NCBI GenBank assembly: GCA_963692955.1
Contig: OY843587.1
Span: 2,342,317 to 2,406,316 of the forward strand
DNA length: 64,000 bases
From: Gammaproteobacteria bacterium
GTDB taxonomy: Bacteria; Pseudomonadota; Gammaproteobacteria; DSM-16500
Direction of reading: 5' to 3'
A model generated the notes under the pieces. That model had not been told where the DNA came from and searched no databases. It worked only from the letters and a program-made list of their open reading frames with translations. Made by a program: the position numbers and the translations under genes. This document shows positions 47,916-57,339 of this stretch, piece by piece. Numbering within the stretch: position 1 is the stretch's first letter; each line of letters begins with the position of its first letter.

Positions 47916-49274
47916 ATGGATAATCGAGGCTTTATTAATAACAATCCTCTCAATGCTGCCATTATCACACCCTTAGCCGTTCACAAAGCATTTGTTCATT
48001 TAACTAATTATTACTATACGAATGCCTTTGGAAATATAGCGGAAAACCCGAATTTAAAAGCAAGGGAAGAAATTATTAATACTATGTTCCCCGAAATGGT
48101 TAAAGATTATGTTGATTCTTTAATCCCTCACGCAAGCTCAGCAAATAATCTCTATAAAATTTCAAATGTGAACGACGCAAAAAGCGAAAGAGATATACGA
48201 GAGTCTATTAATAATATTGGCAAGATAATTAATTTTACCACCTTACCGACAGATGCCTGCGGTCATTCTGCTAATGATACTTCTCGACTTTTTCTTGGAA
48301 ATGAGGGCAAACAATTAGTCTACAATTTAGAAAATTCGCCTTCATTTAATAGATTTGAAAATGTGGATAATACGCTTCTGGGTGAAGTTATATCATTTGA
48401 TTCACCTGTGTTAATTAGAATAGAAATAAAACGAGTACAGGGTGAAACCGAAATTGGAACACACTCTTATTGTGTCTTAGTAGCAGAAGAAAAAAATGAA
48501 TTAGGCATTTCTACGTATCAAGCTTACTCGGGACAGTACGCTTTAGCTGAATGGTTTAATGATCCAAAATTTAAAATTCAACCTGTAAATTTTGAAAATT
48601 ATATTAAACAACTTGAAAGTTTAATTTCAGATAACGAATCAATAAGAAAGAAAGCCTATGGAGAACTTTATAGATTAACGGGGTCGGAAGATGAAGTCCC
48701 TACAAAACAACCATTACGCATATATTATAAAATGCTGCCTGTAAATTTGTTGGTGGCACTTGATAACATTAATACCAACATGGAAATCGCTCTAAAAATA
48801 GAAAAAGAAATAAATACAAATAATAATGGTCTACATATGACGCCAATTGAATATATGAAAAATATATGTTGGGAAAGCTTAACTGAGTATCCTGCAGATA
48901 TAATCAGAAATATAAGAAATGTTGTTGAGGCATATCAAGCAGAAATGCAAATGAATGATGATAGATTTACTAGGCTTAGGTTATCGCAGATTTCAAGTGT
49001 TACACCATCAAATCGTGAGACAAATATTGAAACAAATATAGTAACCGGTGATAAGAAAGATGAGACTATAGAGATCCCGCCAGAGGAGCATCAAAATAGA
49101 AATCATCCAACCTCTCCTCCAGATGAATGGAAACGATTTCATGAAAGACATCCCAATCTCACTTCATCGAGCACATCGACTAGCGCTACTCCTTCTGAAC
49201 CGGCAAGTTCACCCGCAATCGAAAGTGAGCAGGGCGAAGAAAATAATAAAGATTCATCTTCTCCTCATCCATAG
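47916..49274 (+). CDS. hypothetical protein (452 aa) with an acidic/Ser-rich C-terminal tail; candidate secreted effector
   Basis: AAAGGCGG RBS. Possible Cys/His pair (TDACGHSAND ... GTHSYCVL). C-terminus ...SPAIESEQGEENNKDSSSPHP is glutamate-rich and disordered. Confidence 0.55.
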   Translation: MDNRGFINNNPLNAAIITPLAVHKAFVHLTNYYYTNAFGNIAENPNLKAREEIINTMFPEMVKDYVDSLIPHASSANNLYKISNVNDAKSERDIRESINNIGKIINFTTLPTDACGHSANDTSRLFLGNEGKQLVYNLENSPSFNRFENVDNTLLGEVISFDSPVLIRIEIKRVQGETEIGTHSYCVLVAEEKNELGISTYQAYSGQYALAEWFNDPKFKIQPVNFENYIKQLESLISDNESIRKKAYGELYRLTGSEDEVPTKQPLRIYYKMLPVNLLVALDNINTNMEIALKIEKEINTNNNGLHMTPIEYMKNICWESLTEYPADIIRNIRNVVEAYQAEMQMNDDRFTRLRLSQISSVTPSNRETNIETNIVTGDKKDETIEIPPEEHQNRNHPTSPPDEWKRFHERHPNLTSSSTSTSATPSEPASSPAIESEQGEENNKDSSSPHP

Positions 49275-49328
49275 CAAACAATTGAATTGGTCAGACTCTC
49301 GTTTGTTCACTCCATCTCTGATAGCAAT

Positions 49329-50555
49329 TCAATTAATCCAAATATTAATATCATAATTACCAAAATTTTTTTGTTCTAAATACGCCCTTCCAATAGCAAT
49401 TCCAACAGCTGTCAAAGAAAACTGAGAAAAACCACCTTCATTCCAACTTTTGAGCATACCATCTAAATCAGAACCTTCAAGCAAAGCCTTGATTTCTTGG
49501 TGTGGCAACTGATTATCTTTAAAAAATTTTCGCATTTGTTCTTTTGTTTCTTCATCTGTAATATTGAATTCGAGACCATTTACCATAAGTCGTCCGACTT
49601 CAAATAAATATAAGCCCGCATTCGGATTTAACTGAAATACATCTTCTTCTTGTTTTAAAAAGCAAACATTCTGAATACTTTCTGGCAATGCCAAATCTGT
49701 CACTTGTTGCAGAGATATTTTTTTATGGAATAAGTGAGGATAGCTCTGAGACAAAATTCCAATTAAATCTCCAGAAAGGAATTGCAACATTTTACCACAC
49801 GAAATAGCTTCTAAATATTCAAACTTTGAATGAGAAATGTCTAAATCTTTAAACTCAGCAGCAATTAGGGTAAGCTTTCCAATTAACGCAGCCTCACTAG
49901 GCACCCCTAAAGATTTTGTTCTGGAAAACAAAAAACTGAATGCCAAAATTTTTATAAGATTAACATCAAGTTTTGCTGCAACCTCAATGGATTCATTAAT
50001 TGCTAATTCTGCAATAACCTTCTTAGGCTTTTGCACCCTATCAGCAATTAATCTTCCTAAAATTTCATGAACCTGTATTGAGTCTGTGCGCCCTGCGCCT
50101 TGAATAGCGTTATGAAGAGCCATTTGAACATCTGCTTCAGAAAATTTATTCAAATCTGGCTGTGATAATTTCTCCAGCTGGGCATTAAAATTAACTAGGA
50201 AATTTTGTGAATTTAATCGAAATTTTTCAAAAGCACGCTCAGCATATGGGTACATATCTTTATTAAATGCTTGCGCTAACAATTGAATTGTACTTTTATC
50301 AATAGACCCAATTTGATAGTTATCTCCCGCAACTTGTGTAGCGACATCACCTGCCGTCTGGTTAACTGTATTAGTATTAAAAGATTGATTATTATTTATA
50401 TCGGCATCAGAAACCAATGTGATATTGTCATTACCTTTAATTATATTTTTCTTTTTTATGATACTTCTAACTGTGAATATACCAATTATAGCAACGATTA
50501 TAGGGACAATTATTTTCGTAATAATTCCGTAGTACTCTTCTATCCATTCAATCAT
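49329..50555 (-). CDS. membrane-anchored hypothetical protein encoded immediately after the Fic gene
   Basis: Start at the internal Met MIEWIEEYYG, 14 nt after the Fic stop. Single TM IITKIIVPIIVAIIGIFTV, then a soluble domain of about 370 aa. Confidence 0.5.
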   Translation of the reverse strand: MIEWIEEYYGIITKIIVPIIVAIIGIFTVRSIIKKKNIIKGNDNITLVSDADINNNQSFNTNTVNQTAGDVATQVAGDNYQIGSIDKSTIQLLAQAFNKDMYPYAERAFEKFRLNSQNFLVNFNAQLEKLSQPDLNKFSEADVQMALHNAIQGAGRTDSIQVHEILGRLIADRVQKPKKVIAELAINESIEVAAKLDVNLIKILAFSFLFSRTKSLGVPSEAALIGKLTLIAAEFKDLDISHSKFEYLEAISCGKMLQFLSGDLIGILSQSYPHLFHKKISLQQVTDLALPESIQNVCFLKQEEDVFQLNPNAGLYLFEVGRLMVNGLEFNITDEETKEQMRKFFKDNQLPHQEIKALLEGSDLDGMLKSWNEGGFSQFSLTAVGIAIGRAYLEQKNFGNYDINIWIN

Positions 50556-50568
50556 TACCAATTCACTC

Positions 50569-51738
50569 CTACACAATTGGTTCATCTTTAACAGGCAAGA
50601 ACCCTTTTTCATCTAGAATTTTTATGACACCTCTCAACAAATAATTATTATCAAAACGGAGAACATATTTTCTTTTTCCTTTGCTTTCCTGCATTAGCAT
50701 TTTTTTCGCGATTAATTTCCGAATTTGTCGTGATACTTCTGCCTTAATTTTTCCGGGAAATATATCTGATAAATCGGCAGCTTGAACGATTTGCTTCTCA
50801 ATAACGCGCTTTAATATTTTAGACTCGCTTTCTGTAATATATTGCCGTTCAAGAGAATAATTAATCGTAGGTAAAAGAATTTCTTTTTGTAAGAATTTAT
50901 AATCAAGTAATTTATCAATTTTTTCTATTTCGGCTTTTAATCCTGTTAATACGTAATTGCACCAGCTTAATATGCCTTCATCCGTTCCTTTATCTGCTAA
51001 TGATAAATGATGATAATAATTTTCTCTGCTGTTACAAAAAATTGCTGTTGGATTTAGTATCCTTCCCACTTCTACATTGAATCCTAATTTTACGAGCATC
51101 GCATATGTAAACAACCGCACTGTTCGACCATTTCCATTTAAAAAGGGATGTATCCAAACAAATCTATGATGAGCAATTGCCACTTTCAATAAGTCATGCT
51201 TAGGGCTATCTGGTTTATTAATAAAATTAAATAAATCATCCATGTATCCCGCTATTTGCGATATATCAGGCGGAAAATGGGATGACTTAGCAATAGTTAC
51301 ATTCTTTTGCCTATACACTCCAGGAGTTTGATCTCCCTCTCCATTTGGAGGTGGTTGCAATCCTTCAACAACCATTTTGTGCATTTCACTAATAAAAATC
51401 CTATTAATGGGCGTACTCTTAGTATGCGCTTCAACAAAAGCCATGGCTTTTTCAATATTTTGAATTTCTTTTATGCTGGGCGGAACATGCCTTTTTTTTT
51501 CTAGTTTAGTTTCAATATATTCCACGATAGTTGTATTGTTGCCTTCGATTCGGGCTGAACCGACACTTTCAAGAGTATGGAAAATATGTTTCAGTTGAAA
51601 AAAAACTCTAGGATGAGTAGTACCCTTTAATTGTTTTCGTCTCAAATGATCTAATTCGATAATTAAATCAGTTAAAGAAGATTGAAATGAAGGCTCTACA
51701 AGCTTCAAATCATAATGTTCAAACTTCGCATTAGACAT
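50569..51738 (-). CDS. fic: Fic family protein (class II, with intramolecular inhibitory helix and C-terminal winged-helix region)
   Basis: Fic motif HPFLNGNGRTVR (canonical HxFx[D/E]GNGRxxR, with Asn at the acidic position). N-terminal inhibitory motif SARIEG ([S/T]xxxE[G/N]). GGAAGG RBS. Confidence 0.85.
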   Translation of the reverse strand: MSNAKFEHYDLKLVEPSFQSSLTDLIIELDHLRRKQLKGTTHPRVFFQLKHIFHTLESVGSARIEGNNTTIVEYIETKLEKKRHVPPSIKEIQNIEKAMAFVEAHTKSTPINRIFISEMHKMVVEGLQPPPNGEGDQTPGVYRQKNVTIAKSSHFPPDISQIAGYMDDLFNFINKPDSPKHDLLKVAIAHHRFVWIHPFLNGNGRTVRLFTYAMLVKLGFNVEVGRILNPTAIFCNSRENYYHHLSLADKGTDEGILSWCNYVLTGLKAEIEKIDKLLDYKFLQKEILLPTINYSLERQYITESESKILKRVIEKQIVQAADLSDIFPGKIKAEVSRQIRKLIAKKMLMQESKGKRKYVLRFDNNYLLRGVIKILDEKGFLPVKDEPIV

Positions 51739-51925
51739 TTAACAAAGCCTTCCCAAAAGAATTAACAATTATATACAGAAACAATTAACATTTTATCATA
51801 TAAAAACATCTATTATCAATAGGTTACGTGTTTTTATATTTCCATGAGAATTAACAACCTACCTATACCATAATAACAAAATGTATCTAATTTGATGCAA
51901 TGCACTTAACTTATCTTCCTAAGGT

Positions 51926-53137
51926 TTAAGCAGCCTCAACTAACTTTGATACTGCTTTTGCTTTAAATTCCGGGGCAAGGTGGGCGTAACGTAAAGTCAT
52001 TTTAATATCAGCATGACCTAACAACTCTCTCACAGTATTTAGATCAACACCGGCCATCACCAATTTACTAGCGAAATGGTGCCGCATGTCATGCCACCGA
52101 AAACTTTGAATTTCAGCATCTTCCAAAATACTAGCCCATGCCTTTTTAACGTTATCGAATGGATTGCCATTTTGACTTGAGAAAACCAACTCAGCCTGCA
52201 AGCTTTGCGCCCGCCAATCCTTTAAGATCTGAAATGCGATTGCATTCAGAGGTAGGTGCCTTGTTTTGCCGCTTTTTGCTGTGTCTCCTACAACGGTTAA
52301 CATGGCTCGATCAAAATTAACATTTTTCCACCGCAAATTAAATATTTCTCCACGGCGTAAACCAGTATTTAGTGAAAGCAAAACCATAGGAGTCATATGA
52401 TCTGCAGAAGCGAATTGATACAAGTCCGGCAGAAGATCATAGCCGCGGTCTTTTTTCCATTTATTCCCTCGTACGCGGGCAGCTTTTAAATTTTCATCTC
52501 GCGCTATTAAAACTCGTTTAAGCCTGGTTTCTTCATCTCGCGAGAGATATCTAACCTTAGCGACTGAATCAACTGGTGCGGGTTTAAACTTGGCTAGCGG
52601 GTTTGCGGTAATGATTCCCCACTCTTCTGCTTTACTGAGCAAAGCTTTAAGAATTGCGATATCACGATTAACGGTAATAGGCTTGATACCGGCAGTCACT
52701 CGCTTAGAGCGCCATCTATCCAGTAGCAAAGGGGAAATAGCTGCAAGATATTCGCGCCCAAATTCCGCCTCGAATCTCGCCTTCACACGGTAAATATCTT
52801 CATCCGCTCGTTTACGGTTTGCCCTACGCCAAGGCGCATATTCTTTTTCGATAAACTCTTTCAGAGTATAGGCTTTATTGCGCTTACTAATGGGATTATG
52901 ACCCTTAACCACGTCCGCTAATATTTCCTTAGCCCTATCCCGCGCCTGTGCAGCAGTTAGAACGCTAGCTTTTCCTAAGGTAATACGCTTACCGCGCGCG
53001 TATTCACAACGGTAAACCATAGTGCCACTGGGGAGTACCCGAAGAATAAACCCAGTCAACTTACTATCCCAAACATCATACGAATTAAAGGCTGGCTTTA
53101 ATTTCGCGATTAGCTGATTACCAATGAACATCTTCAT
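51926..53137 (-). CDS. int: tyrosine recombinase / phage integrase, P4-like
   Basis: N-terminal arm-binding domain (LIAKLKP...DSKLTGFILRV). Catalytic LNTGLRRGE, HDMRHHFAS and LGHADIKMTLRYAHL (R-K-H-R-H-Y). Confidence 0.9.
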   Translation of the reverse strand: MKMFIGNQLIAKLKPAFNSYDVWDSKLTGFILRVLPSGTMVYRCEYARGKRITLGKASVLTAAQARDRAKEILADVVKGHNPISKRNKAYTLKEFIEKEYAPWRRANRKRADEDIYRVKARFEAEFGREYLAAISPLLLDRWRSKRVTAGIKPITVNRDIAILKALLSKAEEWGIITANPLAKFKPAPVDSVAKVRYLSRDEETRLKRVLIARDENLKAARVRGNKWKKDRGYDLLPDLYQFASADHMTPMVLLSLNTGLRRGEIFNLRWKNVNFDRAMLTVVGDTAKSGKTRHLPLNAIAFQILKDWRAQSLQAELVFSSQNGNPFDNVKKAWASILEDAEIQSFRWHDMRHHFASKLVMAGVDLNTVRELLGHADIKMTLRYAHLAPEFKAKAVSKLVEAA

Positions 53138-53297
53138 AAAAACTTCTTACAGGGTGCAATTAGGGTGTTTGGCGAGTATAAAAGAAGGGATAACCAGAAA
53201 CAATCAAAAACCAATAAATATTTAAAAATCCCTATTTATAAAGCATTATCTTGTTCACTGCTGTGCTTTACCGTTAACCTAAAACCATCCCATAAAA

Positions 53298-53346
53298 GCA
53301 CTCATAATGCTGAGGTCGGTGGTTCGAGTCCACCCATAGCCACTTG
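53298..53346 (+). repeat. direct repeat of the tRNA-Met 3' end (att copy 2)
   Basis: GCACTCATAATGCTGAGGTCGGTGGTTCGAGTCCACCCATAGCCACTTG is identical to 45534-45584. Confidence 0.85.
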
Positions 53347-53751
53347 TAGAAACAAACAGTTGCAGGTATTTTTTAAATTAAGCAAAATCAAAATGTAGCA
53401 AATTTGTCACCGCTGACCTCCGCATTAATAGTAACAAAAATATTTCTAACTTCTCATTAATCTTTTGCGCTTTAAATTCCAAAATATAGATACATAATTT
53501 CACTTAATCGATTTCAAAAAACTTCTTCTAAACCTACACTCATTATTATCTGGTGATAGAATATGAAAAATATAATTTATTATAATTAAGAGATATGAAT
53601 GCCACATCTTATTAAAACTAACTGTCAAAAACACAAATATTTACCAAATAAAAGTGAATAACAAATATCAAAATATTTATGGCTTATTATTACGGATTTT
53701 ATGCATCGTCGCGCGCGGCGGGATTGCTACTTGCGCTTAAGAATTATCAAT

Positions 53752-55803
53752 TCACAAATTGTGTCTGGCTACTTCCAACGATATAACAACATCTGGGACT
53801 GGTATTTTACGGATTTCATGTAAAAACAATCCCGCTCTTGTAGCATTGAGCTTGGTAACATACTCTTTAACAGTACCTACGAGAGAAAGGTCTCTCGTTG
53901 TCAATGTCTCACGGGCTGATGTTTCCTTCGATTCTTTTTCCTCATCCTCAACGGGCTCGTTTAACCAAACTTTAGCATTTTTAATTTTATGCTTTTCTGC
54001 TTTGGGAAATTGGATTTGATTATTTGCGTTAGTCGTAAAACGTAAAAAATTTTGCGCCGGTATGATAGAGTCTTTTTCATCTTGGGACAATAGCACTGGC
54101 GTTTTATAATGTAATCTTAATAACTGAGGAATATAGTCTAATGTGCCTAGTAAGTTAGCGATAAATTGATACCAACTTACCGCTTTATTATCGCCTGCAT
54201 AGATATCAGAAAGACATAAACAAATACGATAAATGCATGGGTTAATTTGTAATTCATGATTATCCTCTCCTACAACAATGTTCATCTTACTTAAAACGCC
54301 ATCGGCTTCTGGATATTTCATTTGAATATCTCGCAAAAAAGTTTTAAAACAAGTTTCAATACAAAGCCCTGTTTCAACCACCATTTTTTCATTTTCTAAA
54401 GTAGTTGCTTCATAAAAAGCGTTGCAGGCGAGTTCAATTGCTAATCTTGATCGTAGTTCGCTGTCAGCGTCTTGTCGCGCTTGCAAGAGAATAAAAGCGA
54501 ATTCTTTTAATTGACGCGCAGAAAGATATTTACAATCGCGCTGCAAATTTTCTACGACGCGAGCTAAGCAAGAAGCATATACAGCATGAGTGCGAGGTAA
54601 TTTTTTCAGAAAATCTATTGTTTTCTTAATTCCAAATGCTTTTAAAACAGAATTACCTGAAGCTTCTATTGCTAATTGATACCAATCCAGTGCTTTTGTT
54701 TTTTCATTATCATCTTCTGTTTGCCAAAGCAGATCCCCCATTCTGAGACAAGCGGAGGCATTTCCATTTCCTGCTGCATCGGTGAAATAGGTGCGGGCTT
54801 TTTTTGTTGTTAACGATAATACATCGATCAAATAACTATAGTATTCTCGGTTTTCTAAGATTAATGTGGTGATTAATCCTTTTAAATAAAATATTTCGCC
54901 AAGTGTGGGTTGAAAGGTTCTAAAACGATCCTTGCCCTGCTCGAATAAACCCCTATCTCCTAACACTGCAAATATAAGATTAGGGTCTGGTAGTTTATTT
55001 ATTAAATTTATTTGATTATCCAGTGTTGAAAGTATTCTCATCCAATCCGTTTCATCATTCCGTAGACCATAATGTTCGAGTACCACTATGGCTGTTTCAA
55101 TTTGATTTTTCCTAAAATATGCATAGCTGCTAAACCATAAAGTCTCTTGGAGTCTTAATATTTTAGAGAGACGTGGAATAGTCTTAATAGTGTCAAGTTC
55201 TATAACCACTTCCATGGTTTCTCTGGACATATTATAAATTTCTAACGGATAATAAAGCTGCCGGAAATAATTAAGATATGCATTATACATCGGCCCATCC
55301 ACGAGTGCTTGTATTACCGATGAGTGTAAGTCAATCCCACACGCCTGAATTTTTTTTAGAATTGCAATTTTATTGTTTTTCATGGCACACACTGCTACTG
55401 TTTCATTTTGCTGTTCGACACCGTATCTTCTCAGAGTGCTTTTTACGTTTAAATCCGCCTTATATTTAACACAATATTCAAATTCTTCCAGCGTACCTCG
55501 TTCGGCGATTTTATGGGTCAAATGGAAAGAATTGTTTTGAACATCAGAGGAAGTTCTTCTCATTACCATTTCAAGAGGGGTTTCTAAATTATTGGCTTCT
55601 ATAAAATCTTCTATTGCCTGAAAGTATGTTACAAATTCATTCGGTCTAGGAATTAAATTGATAAGCTCAGCCAGTATTTTGTCGGCTAGCTTTTGTAATT
55701 TAAGCGTGTTGTATTCCTCATTTTTTTCTTCTTGCCAGCCAATAATTTCTTCCGCCAGCCATTGAGGGATTAGATTTAGTCGCGTGTTACCCAAATGGAT
55801 CAC
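53752..55803 (-). CDS. large eukaryote-like repeat protein (ankyrin-like and Sel1/TPR-like repeats), 683 aa
   Basis: Ankyrin-like segments (FHLTHKIAERGTLEEFEYCVKYKADLNVK; NETVAVCAMKNNKIAILKKIQACGIDLH). Sel1-like segment (ASACLRMGDLLWQTEDDNEKTKALDWYQLAIEASGN). Start codon is uncertain (GTG 55803 or TTG 55797 with AAGGGG RBS). Confidence 0.55.
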   Translation of the reverse strand: MIHLGNTRLNLIPQWLAEEIIGWQEEKNEEYNTLKLQKLADKILAELINLIPRPNEFVTYFQAIEDFIEANNLETPLEMVMRRTSSDVQNNSFHLTHKIAERGTLEEFEYCVKYKADLNVKSTLRRYGVEQQNETVAVCAMKNNKIAILKKIQACGIDLHSSVIQALVDGPMYNAYLNYFRQLYYPLEIYNMSRETMEVVIELDTIKTIPRLSKILRLQETLWFSSYAYFRKNQIETAIVVLEHYGLRNDETDWMRILSTLDNQINLINKLPDPNLIFAVLGDRGLFEQGKDRFRTFQPTLGEIFYLKGLITTLILENREYYSYLIDVLSLTTKKARTYFTDAAGNGNASACLRMGDLLWQTEDDNEKTKALDWYQLAIEASGNSVLKAFGIKKTIDFLKKLPRTHAVYASCLARVVENLQRDCKYLSARQLKEFAFILLQARQDADSELRSRLAIELACNAFYEATTLENEKMVVETGLCIETCFKTFLRDIQMKYPEADGVLSKMNIVVGEDNHELQINPCIYRICLCLSDIYAGDNKAVSWYQFIANLLGTLDYIPQLLRLHYKTPVLLSQDEKDSIIPAQNFLRFTTNANNQIQFPKAEKHKIKNAKVWLNEPVEDEEKESKETSARETLTTRDLSLVGTVKEYVTKLNATRAGLFLHEIRKIPVPDVVISLEVARHNL

Positions 55804-56033
55804 CCCTTAGAATTTTAAAATAAAGCCATTAATTAAGCTTTGCAGACATTCTATATTGGTTAAATTAAGGGAAAATTAAGGGTTCAGGCCCCAATATTTT
55901 AAAATTTATGTAGCAAATTTGTAACCGATTGAGATAGGATTTCTCCCTATCCCGATAGGTTTAGACCGGTATTGTTACAGCTAAATCATCGCAAGGTGCT
56001 GATTTTAAAATTAACTTTATAATACCTTCCTGC

Positions 56034-56091
56034 CTCATAATGCTGAGGTCGGTGGTTCGAGTCCACCCATAGCCACTTGAATTTTCGAATG
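56034..56091 (+). repeat. direct repeat of the tRNA-Met 3' end plus 11 nt of downstream flank (att copy 3)
   Basis: CTCATAATGCTGAGGTCGGTGGTTCGAGTCCACCCATAGCCACTTGAATTTTC matches 45537-45591, including the GAATTTTC that follows copy 1. Confidence 0.85.
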
Positions 56092-56625
56092 TAAATTAAA
56101 TTATATTATTTCGGATGTTTACTCTAGGATGCAGGCGGGTGCATAGCCACCACAAAAATGTATATCTCAAAGAGAGAAATAAATGGCATCAGGACAAATT
56201 GAAATCCTCAATATGGATTGCGGAATATTTACTGCATTTCGCACAGTTGGAGCAGTTATCGTCGCTTTATGGCTTAGTTATAAAGAAAGTAAACCGAAAT
56301 TAAAAATTTACGCCACGCTAGCTCAGCACTTTCTACATCATTTAGAATATTTATCATTTATCCTTAATACATCTATTAAAGTATTTTTGAACTTCAAAGT
56401 ATTACTATCTTAAAATGAACTTTCTTCAGTTTTTGAATCACATGAAATATCATAAACAACGATTTACTCGTAGGATTTCCACTCGGACTCAACATCCGCA
56501 TAATACTCTTAGGGTCTTTTTCTCACGAATTTCTTTGAAATTTTTTAGCGAATTTGACTAAGGCGCATGCCAATGAGCCTCGACATAATGCTATACTGAA
56601 TATTCATTAAGTAAAGGATGACTAA

Positions 56626-56721
56626 ATGAAATCTCCACGAATAAAGTATGCAAGGCTTTTACCAATCCTGTTGAGCTTATTAACCATTGCTCTTGTCTCA
56701 TCAGCTATAATTCTTCGCTAA
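56626..56721 (+). CDS. small hydrophobic peptide ORF (31 aa)
   Basis: MKSPRIKYARLLPILLSLLTIALVSSAIILR with AAGGA RBS 7 nt upstream. Single predicted TM. Confidence 0.2.
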   Translation: MKSPRIKYARLLPILLSLLTIALVSSAIILR

Positions 56722-56763
56722 GTATTAATTAAGTAAGATAGGTGAGGCAGAGCAAAGCGAGGC

Positions 56764-57339
56764 TCAACAGTTTTTAAATCTAGTTTTGTTGGCTTCGCTT
56801 TGTACTGCTCTTCCTACTGGTAAGATCATTAAATCATTGAGGGTGTTTGAATCGGCCTGACTGCAGTGCGCAAAGCCATTTTTTTCAAAAAAACTTAGCG
56901 CGATTTTATTACTCTTGAGTGGATCAACCAGTAGATAATTAAACTGTCCTTGAACATATTCTTGAATAAAAATCTTTAGCGTCAACGTCGCATAACCTTT
57001 TCTAAGATACTTCTCGTCCGCGATAAATAAATCGATGCCGGCGATGTCAGTGGGTTGGTAGTTTTCAAATAAGGGATGGGCATAGTCCGCGACGCCGTCA
57101 GGTAAAAATTTGTTAAGGCCGTACAGTTGAATAAAACCGATCGGGATCGCGGCTGCGTAGATGATAAAATTCAACATTAAGTTAGGATCGAGAATTCTTG
57201 GCAGGTATTTTTCTTTAACTTCATCAAATGTATGATCCTCTCCACGTGCATACCATAGTTTTACATGCGGCGTTTGAAACCAGGTATGCAAGAGTGATAG
57301 GTCTGTTTGTGTGAGAGCTTTGAAGGTGATGGTTTGCAT
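56764..57339 (-). CDS. aminoglycoside 6'-N-acetyltransferase-like GNAT (AAC(6')-Ib family resemblance)
   Basis: LTQTDLSLLHTWFQTPHVKLWYARGEDHTFDEVKEKYLPRIL aligns with AAC(6')-Ib LMTEHDLAMLYEWLNRSHIVEWWGGEEARPTLADVQEQYLPSVL. Also IPIGFIQLY vs EPIGYAQSY and DPLKSNKIALSFFEKNGF vs DPSPSNLRAIRCYEKAGF. Confidence 0.7.
   Translation of the reverse strand: MQTITFKALTQTDLSLLHTWFQTPHVKLWYARGEDHTFDEVKEKYLPRILDPNLMLNFIIYAAAIPIGFIQLYGLNKFLPDGVADYAHPLFENYQPTDIAGIDLFIADEKYLRKGYATLTLKIFIQEYVQGQFNYLLVDPLKSNKIALSFFEKNGFAHCSQADSNTLNDLMILPVGRAVQSEANKTRFKNC

Larger units (their letters stand above)
45581..53346. mobile_element. integrated AT-rich genomic island 1 at the tRNA-Met 3' end (integrase, Fic, orphan genes)
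   Basis: Bounded by the intact tRNA and a 49-bp direct repeat of its 3' end (53298-53346). P4-type integrase at the distal end. Sharp GC drop relative to flanking core genes. Confidence 0.6.
53347..56091. mobile_element. tandem AT-rich island segment 2 (integrase-less remnant carrying a repeat-protein gene)
   Basis: Lies between att copy 2 and att copy 3. Single large gene, no recombinase. Confidence 0.5.

Noticed and set aside
53165-53398. 77-aa plus-strand ORF spanning att copy 2
   Set aside because: Its C-terminal half is simply the translated tRNA-derived repeat, and it bridges an island junction. Artefact.
56183-56413. 76-aa ORF (MASGQIEILNMDCGIFTAF...) after att copy 3
   Set aside because: It has an AGAGAGA RBS and one hydrophobic helix, so it is possibly real, but it is short and AT-rich with no support. 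Left unannotated.
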